Positions 49,781-60,054 of a DNA stretch of 64,000 nt are shown piece by piece. Position 1 is the stretch's first letter. Each line of letters begins with the position of its first letter. The notes beneath the pieces are model-generated. The model did no database searches. It was given only the letters and a program-made list of their open reading frames with translations, and was not told where the DNA came from. The position numbers and the translations under genes were made by a program. The stretch comes from Pseudorhodoplanes sp. (GTDB lineage Bacteria; Pseudomonadota; Alphaproteobacteria; Rhizobiales; Xanthobacteraceae), in NCBI GenBank assembly GCA_035548355.1, contig DASZTD010000005.1:2241-66240 (forward strand), read 5' to 3'.

Positions 49781-50968
49781 ATGGCTCTTTCGGTTGCCGC
49801 CCTGATCGTCGCGGCGGGCCGCGGCATACGAAGCGGCGGCGGAATCCCCAAGCAATACCGGCAGGTCGCTGGCGACCCGGTGCTGCGGTTATCGGCGGGC
49901 CATTTTTTGAGGCACCCGCAAATTGGGCAGGTGCAGGCTGTCATCCATCCTGACGACCGCGAGCTTTACGATCGCGCCACCGCGGGACTCGGGCTCCTCC
50001 CACCGGTTGCGGGCGGGGCGACGCGGCAGCTTTCCGTCAAGGCCGGTCTCGAAGCCCTCGCGCAGAGCAGGCCCGATCTGGTCCTCGTGCACGACGCGGC
50101 GCGTCCCTTTCTGACCGCCGCGCTGGTGTCGCGCGCTATCGACGCGGCGCAAGCATCCGGCGCGGCAATTCCCGCCCTGCCGGTGACCGATACGATGAAA
50201 CGCGTCGATGCCGGCGGCAGGATCCTCGAAACGCTCGACCGCGCGACCTTGCGCAGCGTACAGACCCCTCAAGCCTTCAGCTTCGAGGCACTGCTGTCGG
50301 CACATCGGCGGGCGGCGGCGGCGGGACGCGACGACTTCACCGACGACGCCTCGCTAGCGGAATGGGCGGGGCTCGCAGTCACGACATTCGAAGGCGAAGC
50401 AGACAACGTGAAACTGACCACCTCCGACGATTTTCTTCGTGCCGAGGCGCTGCGCGGCGGGACCATGCTGGAAAGCCGCACCGGCTTCGGATTCGATGTC
50501 CATGCCTTCGCCGACGGCGACCACGTCACGCTCGGCGGCGTTCGCATTCCCCACTCGCAGGCGCTTGCCGGGCATTCCGATGCCGATGTCGGATTGCACG
50601 CCCTCGTCGATGCCATTCTGGGCGCGCTCGCCGAGGGCGATATCGGCGATCATTTCCCGCCCTCCGATCCGCAATGGCGGGGCGCAACTTCCGACCGGTT
50701 TCTTCGTTTTGCCGTGGATCGCGTCAGGGCGCGCAATGGCCGCATCGTGCATCTCGACCTCACATTCGTCGCCGAGGCGCCGAAGATCGGGCCGCACCGC
50801 GACGCCATACGCGCGCGTATCGCGGAGATCGCCGGCATTGCTGCCGGGCGTGTCGGCGTGAAGGCGACCACCAACGAAAAGATGGGATTCATCGGCAGGC
50901 GCGAAGGCATGGCGGCCTATGCGACGGCGACGATCGCCCTGCCACGGACGGACAACGATGCTGGATGA
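49781..50968 (+). CDS. ispDF: Bifunctional IspD/IspF
   Basis: AAGRG...PKQY, VHDAARP, QTPQ; GFDVH, GHSDADV, KATTNE. Confidence 0.95.
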   Translation: MALSVAALIVAAGRGIRSGGGIPKQYRQVAGDPVLRLSAGHFLRHPQIGQVQAVIHPDDRELYDRATAGLGLLPPVAGGATRQLSVKAGLEALAQSRPDLVLVHDAARPFLTAALVSRAIDAAQASGAAIPALPVTDTMKRVDAGGRILETLDRATLRSVQTPQAFSFEALLSAHRRAAAAGRDDFTDDASLAEWAGLAVTTFEGEADNVKLTTSDDFLRAEALRGGTMLESRTGFGFDVHAFADGDHVTLGGVRIPHSQALAGHSDADVGLHALVDAILGALAEGDIGDHFPPSDPQWRGATSDRFLRFAVDRVRARNGRIVHLDLTFVAEAPKIGPHRDAIRARIAEIAGIAAGRVGVKATTNEKMGFIGRREGMAAYATATIALPRTDNDAG

Positions 50969-51485
50969 CGATATCGTCGAAGCGGCGAAACGCCTGCTCG
51001 ATATTTGCAGACGGAAAAATCTGCTCGTCGCCACCGCCGAGTCCTGCACCGCCGGTCTCGTCGCCGGCACCCTGACCGAAGTCCCCGGGACCTCGAGCAT
51101 TCTAGACCGTGGCTACATCACTTATTCGAACGACGCCAAGCACGAGATGCTAGGCGTTTCGCGCGACACCCTGAAGACATACGGCGCGGTCAGCGGCGAA
51201 ACTGCCGAAGCGATGGCCCGCGGCGTGCTCGGCCGCGCCCCGGTCGATCTGGCCGTCGCGGTGACCGGGATCGCCGGCCCGGACGGAGGCACCGACGAGA
51301 AACCGGTCGGCCTTGTGCATTTCGCCGTGGCGACGCGCGCGGGCGTGCTCGTGCGGGTGGAACGCCGTTTCGGCAATATCGGGCGCGCCGACATCCGAAA
51401 GAAATCGGTGCTGCAGGCCTTCCGCATGCTGCACGACGTCGCCGAGAAAGAGCATGCAAGGCCGCCGCGCGCGGAACGCGGCTAG
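50958..51485 (+). CDS. CinA C-terminal domain / PncC-like NMN deamidase
   Basis: AESCTAG, TYSN, GAVS, TGIAGP, KPVG. Confidence 0.9.
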   Translation: MLDDDIVEAAKRLLDICRRKNLLVATAESCTAGLVAGTLTEVPGTSSILDRGYITYSNDAKHEMLGVSRDTLKTYGAVSGETAEAMARGVLGRAPVDLAVAVTGIAGPDGGTDEKPVGLVHFAVATRAGVLVRVERRFGNIGRADIRKKSVLQAFRMLHDVAEKEHARPPRAERG

Positions 51486-51943
51486 GCGTTCCCGGCTCCG
51501 TAGATCTGATCGGCCCGTTGCTCGAAGGCCTGCGCGAAGCGGCGGAACGCCGCCTCGAATACCGTGCCCATCAGCATGGCGAGCGTGCGGCTCCTGAACT
51601 CGTAGGCGATGAAGAAACGTACGTCGCAGGATTTCTCGCCCGCCGGCTGAAACTCCCAGCGATTCTCCATCTTTCTGAACGGGCCTTCGAGATATTCGAC
51701 GAGAATGCGGAGATTGGGCCGATCCAGCGTGACACGGCTGCGGAAGGTCTCGCGCAGAAGCTTGTAGCTCACCGTCATGTCGGCGACGACGACCTCGGTG
51801 CCCCGCGGCCCCGGATTGCGCTGCCGGACGACGAGCGACTGGCACAGCGGCACGAATTGGGGATAACGCTCGACATCGGCGACGAGGTCGAACATGTGGG
51901 ACGCCGCATGGCGCACGCGCCGGGTCGTGGCAAATTCGGGCAT
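51482..51943 (-). CDS. RatA/Coq10 START-domain protein
   Basis: MFDLVADVERYPQFVPLC, GPFRKMENRW, AFEQRA. Confidence 0.9.
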   Translation of the reverse strand: MPEFATTRRVRHAASHMFDLVADVERYPQFVPLCQSLVVRQRNPGPRGTEVVVADMTVSYKLLRETFRSRVTLDRPNLRILVEYLEGPFRKMENRWEFQPAGEKSCDVRFFIAYEFRSRTLAMLMGTVFEAAFRRFAQAFEQRADQIYGAGNA

Positions 51944-51946
51944 AGA

Positions 51947-52933
51947 TCAGCGGGTCGATGCGGCCCGCGCGGCGCGCAGCTTCTCAAAGTCTTCCCCGGC
52001 GTGGTGCGAGGAGCGCGTCAGCGGCGAGGCGGACACCATGAGGAAGCCCTTGGCATAGGCGATCGACTCATAGGCCTTGAACTCGTCCGGCGTCACGAAC
52101 CGCACGACCGGATGATGCTTGCGGGTCGGCTGGAGATACTGGCCGATCGTCAGGAAATCGACATTGGCGGCGCGAAGATCGTCCATGAGCTGCAGCACCT
52201 CGTTGCGCTCCTCGCCGAGGCCCACCATGATGCCCGACTTGGTGAACATCGTCGGGTCGATCTCCTTCACCCGCTGCAGCAGCCGGATGGAATGGAAATA
52301 GCGCGCGCCGGGGCGCACGGTCAGGTATTTCGACGGCACCGTTTCGAGATTGTGGTTGAACACGTCCGGCTTCGCGCGCGCGACGGTTTCGATCGCCCCC
52401 TCCTTGCGCAGGAAATCCGGCGTCAGCACCTCGATCGTGGTGCCGGGACAGCGGTCCCGGATCGCGGCGATGGTGTCAGCGAAATGGCGCGCCCCGCCGT
52501 CGGAAAGATCGTCGCGGTCAACCGAGGTGACAACCACATGCCGCAGACCGAGCTTCGCGGTCGCTTCGGCGACATGGGCGGGCTCCTGCGGATCGAGCGG
52601 CCCCGGCAGGCCGGTCTTGACGTTGCAGAAGGCGCAGGCCCGCGTGCAGGTGTCACCCATGATCATGAAGGTGGCGTGCTTCTTGTCCCAGCACTCGCCG
52701 ATATTCGGGCAGCCGGCCTCCTCGCACACGGTCACGAGCTGGTTCTCGCGCACGATCCGCTGGGTATTGGCGTAGCCGGCCGAGGTCGGCGCCTTGACAC
52801 GAATCCAGCCTGGCTTGCGCTGGATCGGCGTATCCGCGCGATGCGCCTTTTCCGGGTGGCGCGGCCGGTTCACGGTGTCGAGAAGAACGACCAAGGGAAT
52901 GCCCTCCGGCGGGTGATCCGCCAGAAGACTCAT
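51947..52933 (-). CDS. lipA: Lipoyl synthase
   Basis: [26 protein letters not shown]. Confidence 0.97.
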   Translation of the reverse strand: MSLLADHPPEGIPLVVLLDTVNRPRHPEKAHRADTPIQRKPGWIRVKAPTSAGYANTQRIVRENQLVTVCEEAGCPNIGECWDKKHATFMIMGDTCTRACAFCNVKTGLPGPLDPQEPAHVAEATAKLGLRHVVVTSVDRDDLSDGGARHFADTIAAIRDRCPGTTIEVLTPDFLRKEGAIETVARAKPDVFNHNLETVPSKYLTVRPGARYFHSIRLLQRVKEIDPTMFTKSGIMVGLGEERNEVLQLMDDLRAANVDFLTIGQYLQPTRKHHPVVRFVTPDEFKAYESIAYAKGFLMVSASPLTRSSHHAGEDFEKLRAARAASTR

Positions 52934-52969
52934 ACTTACGAAGCACGAGCTTCAATCGCAAGCGCGTGC

Positions 52970-52998
52970 CCAGGGCGGGCCGGAGAGACCCGCCCTGG
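52970..52998. terminator. GC-rich hairpin downstream of small secreted protein gene
   Basis: CCAGGGCGGG...CCCGCCCTGG 10-bp stem. Confidence 0.5.
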
Positions 52999-53021
52999 CT
53001 TTCACGGGGCTGCTATGCCGA

Positions 53022-53339
53022 TTAGTTGCCGCCCGTACCGCCGTCGCAGGTCGCGCGACGGCCATAGCCGTCATCGGTCCAGCACTGGGTCGGCGAGTTG
53101 ACGAAGCTCGGATCGGCAAAGCCTTCCGAACCGTAACGGTACTGCGCGCCATAGGCGTCGTACCCGCGACGGAGTTGATTCTGACCGCCATACGCATAGG
53201 CGCCTGTGCCGGTCGAACCTTCCATATAGACCTGCGGCCCGACGCCCCGCACCCCGCGTGCGAGCGAAGGCGTGATGAAGGCAAGACCCGTCGCCGCGGC
53301 GAGGGTCAACGCGATCGTTCGTTTGGTGATCGTGTTCAT
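53022..53339 (-). CDS. Small secreted Gly/Tyr-rich hypothetical protein (105 aa) with C-terminal Cys pair
   Basis: Signal peptide MNTITKRTIALTLAAATGLAFITPSLA; ends CWTDDGYGRRATCDGGTGGN. Confidence 0.75.
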   Translation of the reverse strand: MNTITKRTIALTLAAATGLAFITPSLARGVRGVGPQVYMEGSTGTGAYAYGGQNQLRRGYDAYGAQYRYGSEGFADPSFVNSPTQCWTDDGYGRRATCDGGTGGN

Positions 53340-53467
53340 GTCGTTCTCTGCTAATGAACCCGCGATGCGGGCGCTATGTTGAGGAAGTCGGCGGATCGGC
53401 GGGAGCATTGTGCTTTCTGTGCCGAAGCCAGCCGAGACGAACCTCCCCTGCGCTTCCCTACAGCACG

Positions 53468-53492
53468 AACATCTCAGGGCGCACGGCGTTCC
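53468..53492 (-). promoter_or_regulatory. EcfG-type promoter
   Basis: Minus strand GGAAC-N16-TGTT; perfect palindrome TCACATCGATGTGA at 53525-53538 just upstream. Confidence 0.5.
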
Positions 53493-53610
53493 CTCCCGCG
53501 AGCGCAGCACGCGCCGTGCTTCATTCACATCGATGTGATGTCGTGAAGCGCGGCGACGCGGATGGGCAAAGCCTTGGTGAAGAGAACGCGACGCAAATGC
53601 GGCGAATTTG

Positions 53611-55032
53611 TCAAATATTCAGGGCGCGGCCGAACGCGTCGAGCACGGCTTCCTTCATTGTCTCCGACAGGGTCGGATGCGGGAAGATCGTGTGCATCAG
53701 CTCCTCTTCCGTCGTCTCCAGATTCATCGCGACGACGAATCCCTGGATCAGTTCCGTCACCTCGGGCCCGGCGAGATGCGCGCCGAGCAACTGCCCGGTC
53801 TTCTTGTCGAAAATGACCTTCGCGAGCCCCTGATCCTCCCCGAGCGCTACCGCCTTGCCGTTGCCGACAAAGGGAAAGCGCCCGACGCGTACCTCCTTGC
53901 CCGCCTCCTTCGCCTTGGCCTCGGTGAGGCCGACGGACGCGATCTGCGGATTGCAATAGGTGCAGCCGGGTATCATCAGCTTGTTCATCGGATGCGGCTG
54001 CAATCCCTTGATCGCCTCGACGCAGATCACGCCTTCGTGCTCGGCCTTGTGCGCCAGCATCGGCGGGCCGGCGACGTCGCCGATCGCGTAGATGCCCGGC
54101 ACGTTGGTCCTGCACAGGCCGTCGATCGCGATGGTGCCGCGGTCGATCTTGACGCCGAGCTTCTCGAGCCCGATCCCCTCGACATTGCCGACCACGCCGA
54201 CGGCGGAGATGACGCGATCGACCGTCACGGTCTGCGTGCCGCCCTTGCCGTCCTCGAACGTCGCCACCACACTGTCGCTCTTCTTGTCGAGCTTCGTCAC
54301 CTTCGCCCCGGTGAAAATCTTCATGCCCTGCTTCTCGAAAGCCTTGCGCGCGAAGGCGGCGATCTCGGCGTCCTCGACCGGCAGGATCTGCGGCAGCACC
54401 TCGACGACGGTGACGTCCGCGCCCATGGTCCGATAGAAACTGGCGAATTCGATGCCGATCGCGCCCGAGCCGACGACCAGCAGCGATTTCGGCATCCGGT
54501 CCGGGTTCATCGCCTCGAAATAGGTCCAGACCAGTTTCTTGTCGGGCTCCAATCCGGGCAACGCGCGCGGGCGCGCGCCGGTGGCCACAATGATGTGCCT
54601 AGCCTGGTAGGAGCCCGGCCCGAGCGCGTCCTTAGGCGCCTGGACCTGTGACGCCTTGACCGTGATCCGGCCGGGAGCGTCGATGACCGCATCGCCCCAG
54701 ATCACCGAGATTTTGTTCTTCTTCATCAGGAAGGAGACGCCGCTGTTCATGCGGCCGGCGACACCGCGCGAGCGCCTGATCACCTGGGCCGCGTCGAAGG
54801 TCACGTTGTCGGCCGAGAGCCCGTAATCCTTCGCGTGCTGCATGTAGTGGTAGATTTCCGCCGAGCGCAGCAGCGCCTTGGTCGGGATGCAACCCCAGTT
54901 TGAGCAGATGCCACCGAGGAAGGCGCGCTCGACGATCGCCGTCCTGAACCCGAGCTGTGCCGCCCGGATCGCGGTGACGTATCCGCCCGGTCCCGATCCG
55001 ATGATGATGATGTCAAAGGTCGTGTCTGCCAC
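53611..55032 (-). CDS. lpdA: Dihydrolipoyl dehydrogenase (E3)
   Basis: GSGPGGY, GGICSNWGCIPTK, HPTLSE. Confidence 0.96.
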   Translation of the reverse strand: MADTTFDIIIIGSGPGGYVTAIRAAQLGFRTAIVERAFLGGICSNWGCIPTKALLRSAEIYHYMQHAKDYGLSADNVTFDAAQVIRRSRGVAGRMNSGVSFLMKKNKISVIWGDAVIDAPGRITVKASQVQAPKDALGPGSYQARHIIVATGARPRALPGLEPDKKLVWTYFEAMNPDRMPKSLLVVGSGAIGIEFASFYRTMGADVTVVEVLPQILPVEDAEIAAFARKAFEKQGMKIFTGAKVTKLDKKSDSVVATFEDGKGGTQTVTVDRVISAVGVVGNVEGIGLEKLGVKIDRGTIAIDGLCRTNVPGIYAIGDVAGPPMLAHKAEHEGVICVEAIKGLQPHPMNKLMIPGCTYCNPQIASVGLTEAKAKEAGKEVRVGRFPFVGNGKAVALGEDQGLAKVIFDKKTGQLLGAHLAGPEVTELIQGFVVAMNLETTEEELMHTIFPHPTLSETMKEAVLDAFGRALNI

Positions 55033-55082
55033 GCGCATCTCCACTGGCTAAAAGCCGGTCCGGTTTCTCACGCGCGGACCCG

Positions 55083-55340
55083 TCAATCAAGCGGCTCCTC
55101 GCGCTCCGCCGCGCGCCGCGCCATCAGAAGGCGGCGCAGGGTCCACTCCGCCAGGCCGAGCGCGAGCAGCGCGCCGGCCACGATCAGCACGATCGGGCCC
55201 AGGAGGCTGCGGGACAATTGTTCGCCGGAAAACAGCCCGACCCGGATGAAATCGAGCCCGACCGGATTGAACGCGACCAGAAGGGCGATCGCCATCGTGA
55301 TCCACGGCCATCGCTGCAGGGCCAAGGTACGCTTGTGCAT
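55083..55340 (-). CDS. Small two-TM hypothetical membrane protein
   Basis: Two hydrophobic segments, basic flanks; fills gap between lpdA and TPR gene. Confidence 0.6.
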   Translation of the reverse strand: MHKRTLALQRWPWITMAIALLVAFNPVGLDFIRVGLFSGEQLSRSLLGPIVLIVAGALLALGLAEWTLRRLLMARRAAEREEPLD

Positions 55341-55384
55341 CGGCCGACGCTTGCGCGGCACCGCGCCAAAAGTCAAATTGCGGC

Positions 55385-56221
55385 ATGACCGGGGCCGCTC
55401 ATCTTCCGCCCTCCGCCGACGAATCAATCCGCCGGGCGGCGGCCGCCTTTTCGCGCGGCGCGCTGCTGGAGGCCGAGCAGCTCGCGCGCGAGGCGCTCGC
55501 CCGCGATCCGCGCCATCCGGTCGCCCTGCACATGGTCGGCGTCGCGCTGCTCGTGCAGGGCCGGCCCGCGGACGCGATAGCGCCCTTGCGCGCGGCGCTC
55601 GGGTTGCAAAGCGATCCGGCGGTGGCGACGCAACTGGCGACGGCGCTAAGGCTCACGGGCAATCTCGCCGAAGCGGAAAAACTGCTGCGGCCGATCATCG
55701 GGCAGACGCCGCCCTATCCCGCCGCCTTCCATGAACTCGCCGCCCTCCTGCACGCGGACCGCCGTTTCCGGGAAGCGGACGAAGTGGCCGCGCGCGGCCT
55801 TGCGATCGCGCCGGGCCTGCCGGATTTGTGGATCGTGTCCGGCATGAGCAAGCTCGATGTCGGGGATCGCGCCGCCGCGCGCGCGCAGCTTGCCAACGCG
55901 CTGTCGCTTGCGCCCGAGCACCCGCGCGCCCTGCTCGGCATGGGCGTTGCGTGGCTCGAGGACGGACAATTTTCCGAGGCGGCCGATTTTCTGCAAAGGG
56001 CGATACGAACCGGCCAGGCGCCGGCGCAGGCATTCCTCAGCCTCGCCGCGAGCCTGCTCGAACTTCGACGCGGCGAAGAGGCGCTCGACTGCCTGCGGCG
56101 CGCCGTCGCCGCCGATCCCGGCCTTTATCCGAAGGCGCTGAAGACTCTCGTCACCGCCGGCCGCGGTCAATTCGCGCTGAAGCCATCGGACATGGAAAGA
56201 CTGCTGAAGCCGCGAATCTGA
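55385..56221 (+). CDS. Tetratricopeptide repeat protein
   Basis: Repeated helical TPR patterns (ALARDPRHPVALHMVG, ALSLAPEHPRALLGMG). Confidence 0.8.
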   Translation: MTGAAHLPPSADESIRRAAAAFSRGALLEAEQLAREALARDPRHPVALHMVGVALLVQGRPADAIAPLRAALGLQSDPAVATQLATALRLTGNLAEAEKLLRPIIGQTPPYPAAFHELAALLHADRRFREADEVAARGLAIAPGLPDLWIVSGMSKLDVGDRAAARAQLANALSLAPEHPRALLGMGVAWLEDGQFSEAADFLQRAIRTGQAPAQAFLSLAASLLELRRGEEALDCLRRAVAADPGLYPKALKTLVTAGRGQFALKPSDMERLLKPRI

Positions 56222-56222
56222 T

Positions 56223-56945
56223 CTATCGCTTGGCGGCCCGAAACTGGCGGCGATAGGTGCCGGGCACATGCGTGATTGCCTCGGACACCTCTTTCAGGCG
56301 CGGAACGCGTTCGCCGGAAAACACATCGAATTGCGCCACCCACGCATCGCGCTTGATCGGGATGCACTGGGCGACAGGCGTGCCCTGCGGCAAGGTTCCC
56401 CGGAAACCCTCGTCGCGCCACAACGCGGGAAAGTTGACGAAATTGTCGATATAGAGGTCGGCATCGACCAGGCCCGTCAACGTCAGGAAAGGCAGGTCGA
56501 TGCGGTTGACCGGATGGGTGACCAGCAGCGAATAGCCTGGCGGAAGCTCGATTGCCCACAGATTGTTGAACTTCAGGGCGAAGCGATCCTCGGCGAAGAA
56601 CGGCGTGCCCACGAGCTGGCTGTTGTGATGGAAATCAATCGGCGAGCGCGAATAGTTGACGATCGCGCCCCCCGGCCATTGCTGCTCCCAGGCGAAGCGG
56701 CCGTCCTCGACGTGAAGATCGGTCATCAGCGGCATGAGAAAGCCCGCCGTCATCGCGTCGATGAAAGGCGGGCATTTCTTGACCGTGAAATTGTCCGTGC
56801 CGGTCAGCGCGCTGAATGCTTTTTGCGGCATCGCCTTGAACCAGTCGGGCAACCCGGCGAAGGCGGGGATAGGCCGCGGCAAAACGCTTTCAAGTTCGGG
56901 CGGGCAGCGGAAGGTGATGATCGGACCGTCAGCTCGCTCGGACAT
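56223..56945 (-). CDS. DUF6065-like hypothetical protein
   Basis: LPDWFK, TVKKCPPFIDAMTAGF, LPPGYSLLVTHPVN, TGLVDAD, GTPVAQCIP. Confidence 0.65.
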   Translation of the reverse strand: MSERADGPIITFRCPPELESVLPRPIPAFAGLPDWFKAMPQKAFSALTGTDNFTVKKCPPFIDAMTAGFLMPLMTDLHVEDGRFAWEQQWPGGAIVNYSRSPIDFHHNSQLVGTPFFAEDRFALKFNNLWAIELPPGYSLLVTHPVNRIDLPFLTLTGLVDADLYIDNFVNFPALWRDEGFRGTLPQGTPVAQCIPIKRDAWVAQFDVFSGERVPRLKEVSEAITHVPGTYRRQFRAAKR

Positions 56946-56956
56946 CGAAACTCCGA

Positions 56957-58297
56957 TCACGCCACCATCATAACCGGGCTCTCGATCAGCGTCTTGAATG
57001 CGCGGATCAGTTCCGCGCCGAGCGCGCCATCAACCGCGCGGTGATCGCAGGACAGCGTCACGCTCATGATTTGCGCGACCTCGATCTTGCCGTTAATCAC
57101 GACCGCCCGCTCCTCGCCGGCGCCGACCGCGAGAATGGTCGCGTGCGGCGGATTGATTACGGCGGTGAAATCCTTGATGCCGTACATCCCGAGATTGGAT
57201 ACGGCGGTCGTGCCGCCCTGGTATTCGTGCGGCTTGAGCTTGCGGGCGCGCGCCCGCGCGGCCAAATCCTTCATCTCGTTTGAAATCACCGAAAGCGACT
57301 TTGCTTCGGCATTGCGGATGATCGGCGTGATCAGGCCGCCCGGCAGCGCCACCGCCACGCCCACATCCGCATGCTTGTGCTTGAGCATTCCGCCTTCGGT
57401 CCAGCTCACATTCGCATCAGGCACGCGCTGCAAGGCAAGCGCCAGTGCCTTAATGACGAAATCGTTCACCGACAGCTTGTAGGCGGGCTTGCCTTCCTGG
57501 TCCTTGGGCGCGGCGGCATTGATCTCCTCACGCGCGGCAAGGAGTCTGCCGATGTTGCAATCGAGCGTGAGATAGAAATGCGGAACGGTCTGCACCGAAG
57601 CGGTGAGGCGCTGGGCGATCGTGCGGCGCATGTTGTCGTGCGGCACGATCTCGTAGCTGCCGTCTTCGTAGAGGGCGCGGATCTGCTGATCCGACATCGA
57701 CGGTGCGATCATCGGGGCTCCGGCCGCGGGCGCGTTCAGCGCGCCGCCGGCGCGCGCGCTCTCAATGTCGCGCGCGATGACACGGCCGTGCGGGCCGGTG
57801 CCCTGGATGCGAGAAAGGTCGATGCCAAAATCCTTGGCGAGGCGCCGCGCCAGAGGGGACGAGAAAACACGCGCGCCGCCCGGCGCAGTCTCGGGAGCGG
57901 GCTGCTGCGCGGGCGCGCGCGAAACCGCGGCGGGGGCGGCCTGCGGAGCGGGAGCAGCCGCAATCTCGGTCCTTGCAGGCTGCGCCTGTGAGCGCGCCGC
58001 CGGCGATGGCGATGGCGCACTCGTCGCGCCAGCGGCGGCCGATTTGACGTCCTCGCCCTCCCCGGCCAGCACCGCGATGACCTTGTTCACCGGCACATCG
58101 GCCGAGCCTTCCGGCACGACGATCTTGGCGAGTGTCCCTTCGTCGGCCGCTTCCACTTCCATGGTCGCCTTGTCGGTTTCGATCTCAGCGATCACATCCC
58201 CGGACTTGATCTTGTCGCCCTCCTTCTTCAGCCACTTGGCGAGGTTTCCCTTCTCCATCGTGGGCGACAGGGCCGGCATGAGGATGTTGATCGGCAT
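56957..58297 (-). CDS. pdhC: Pyruvate dehydrogenase E2 dihydrolipoamide acetyltransferase
   Basis: ETDKA lipoyl domain, SPLARRLA, DHRAVDG. Confidence 0.96.
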   Translation of the reverse strand: MPINILMPALSPTMEKGNLAKWLKKEGDKIKSGDVIAEIETDKATMEVEAADEGTLAKIVVPEGSADVPVNKVIAVLAGEGEDVKSAAAGATSAPSPSPAARSQAQPARTEIAAAPAPQAAPAAVSRAPAQQPAPETAPGGARVFSSPLARRLAKDFGIDLSRIQGTGPHGRVIARDIESARAGGALNAPAAGAPMIAPSMSDQQIRALYEDGSYEIVPHDNMRRTIAQRLTASVQTVPHFYLTLDCNIGRLLAAREEINAAAPKDQEGKPAYKLSVNDFVIKALALALQRVPDANVSWTEGGMLKHKHADVGVAVALPGGLITPIIRNAEAKSLSVISNEMKDLAARARARKLKPHEYQGGTTAVSNLGMYGIKDFTAVINPPHATILAVGAGEERAVVINGKIEVAQIMSVTLSCDHRAVDGALGAELIRAFKTLIESPVMMVA

Positions 58298-58301
58298 GGC
58301 G

Positions 58302-58595
58302 TCAGGAATTCCGTTCGACCGGGGCGATGACCGCCTGGTTTGAAGGCGAGTCGATCTCCGTCGAGAAGGCGGTGCGGATGTCGTTGATCACGTCGGCTTC
58401 GATCGAGCCCTGCTGACCGTAGACGCGCGCGACCTGATGCGCGACGTCGGCGAGCAGCACGCCCCAGGCGCGCGGATCCTCGAAGGCCCTGCGTAAGGTC
58501 ACGTGCAGGCCCCCCTCGATCACCGCGGCGCGCAGCACCTCGATGCCGTCCTTGCCCGCAGCCCCGGGAGGAATTTGCAACGCGTTGTAGCCCAT
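58302..58595 (-). CDS. DUF5076 domain protein
   Basis: EVLRAAVIEGGLHVTLRRAFEDPRAWGVLLAD. Confidence 0.75.
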   Translation of the reverse strand: MGYNALQIPPGAAGKDGIEVLRAAVIEGGLHVTLRRAFEDPRAWGVLLADVAHQVARVYGQQGSIEADVINDIRTAFSTEIDSPSNQAVIAPVERNS

Positions 58596-58608
58596 GATGG
58601 CAAGCCTC

Positions 58609-60012
58609 CTAGCGGTAACAGACGGCCTTGGCCGCTTCCACGACTTCCTCGACCGACGGCAAGGCGAGCTTCTCCAGGTTGGCCGCGTAAGGCATCGGCG
58701 CGTCCTTGCCGGTCACGCGCGTCACCGGCGCATCGAGATAGTCGAACGCCTCGCTCATCACGCGCGCGGCGATTTCGGCGCCGACACCGGATTGCGGCCA
58801 GCCTTCCTCCACCGTTACGAGGCGGCCGGTCTTCTTTACCGATTCGACGATCGTCTCGATATCCATCGGGCGGATGGTGCGAAGGTCGATGACCTCCGCC
58901 ATGATGTGCTTCTTGGCAAGCTCCTCCGCGCCTTTGAGCGCGTAGGTCATGCCGATCGACCACGAGACGATGGTGACGTGGTTGCCCGGCCGCACGACCT
59001 TCGCCTTGCCGATCGGCACGAGATAATCGTCAAGCTTGGGCACCGGGAAGCTGTGCCCGTACAGGATTTCGTTTTCCAGGAACACGACCGGATTTGGATT
59101 GCGGATGGCCGACTTCAGCAATCCTTTCGCGTCGGCCGCCGTATAAGGCGACACGACGATCAGTCCGGGAACGTGCGAATACCAGGACGTGTAATCCTGA
59201 CTGTGCTGCGCGGCGACCCGCGCGGCCGCCCCGTTCGGTCCGCGGAAGACGATCGGCACGCTGACCTGGCCGCCGGACATGTAGCGCGTCTTCGCCGCCG
59301 AGTTGATGATCTGGTCGATCGCCTGCATGGCGAAGTTGAAGGTCATGAATTCCACGATCGGCTTGAGGCCGCCAAGCGCGGCGCCAACCCCAAGCCCGGC
59401 GAATCCGTGCTCGGTAATCGGGGTATCGACCACGCGGCGCGCCCCGAATTCCTGCAGCAAGCCCTGCGTGACCTTGTAGGCGCCCTGATATTCCGCGACC
59501 TCCTCGCCCATCACGAAGACGTCCTGGTCGCGGCGCATTTCTTCGGCCATAGCATCGCGCAACGCCTCGCGCACCGTCATCATCACCATCTCGGTACCGG
59601 CCGGCACGTCGATCTCGGGCGCAGCGTCCGCCCGCGGCGGCTGCGGCACGGCGCCGACCGCCGGTTTCGGCTGATCGGGCGCGGCGGGAGCCTTCTCCTC
59701 CTGGGCCTTGGCCTGCTGCGCGGGCGAGCCGCGGCCATTGCCCGTTTCCCTGATCGCCGACGCATCCTCGCCGGAAGCAAGAATCATGGCGATCGGCGTG
59801 TTGACGGCGACATCCACCGTTCCTTCCGGGACCAGGATCTTGCCAAGCGTGCCCTCGTCGATGGCCTCGACCTCCATCGTCGCCTTGTCCGTCTCGATCT
59901 CGGCGATCACGTCGCCGGATTTCACCGTGTCGCCCTCCTTCTTGAGCCACTTGGCAAGATTGCCCTTTTCCATCGTGGGCGAGAGTGCTGGCATCAATAC
60001 GGGTGTCGGCAT
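58609..60012 (-). CDS. pdhB: Pyruvate dehydrogenase E1 beta subunit with N-terminal lipoyl domain
   Basis: [26 protein letters not shown]. Confidence 0.96.
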   Translation of the reverse strand: MPTPVLMPALSPTMEKGNLAKWLKKEGDTVKSGDVIAEIETDKATMEVEAIDEGTLGKILVPEGTVDVAVNTPIAMILASGEDASAIRETGNGRGSPAQQAKAQEEKAPAAPDQPKPAVGAVPQPPRADAAPEIDVPAGTEMVMMTVREALRDAMAEEMRRDQDVFVMGEEVAEYQGAYKVTQGLLQEFGARRVVDTPITEHGFAGLGVGAALGGLKPIVEFMTFNFAMQAIDQIINSAAKTRYMSGGQVSVPIVFRGPNGAAARVAAQHSQDYTSWYSHVPGLIVVSPYTAADAKGLLKSAIRNPNPVVFLENEILYGHSFPVPKLDDYLVPIGKAKVVRPGNHVTIVSWSIGMTYALKGAEELAKKHIMAEVIDLRTIRPMDIETIVESVKKTGRLVTVEEGWPQSGVGAEIAARVMSEAFDYLDAPVTRVTGKDAPMPYAANLEKLALPSVEEVVEAAKAVCYR

Positions 60013-60054
60013 GATCGGCTTTTCAAGAACATCAGTTCGCGGTTGGCGCCGCAC

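Noticed and set aside
51482-51943. RatA as a toxin-antitoxin system
   Set aside because: No antitoxin partner; lipA-linked Coq10/START homologue is a conserved housekeeping gene
58200-59990. Near-identical sequence at the 5' ends of pdhB and pdhC
   Set aside because: Both encode lipoyl domains ([22 protein letters not shown]), normal for alphaproteobacterial PDH; not a mobile repeat
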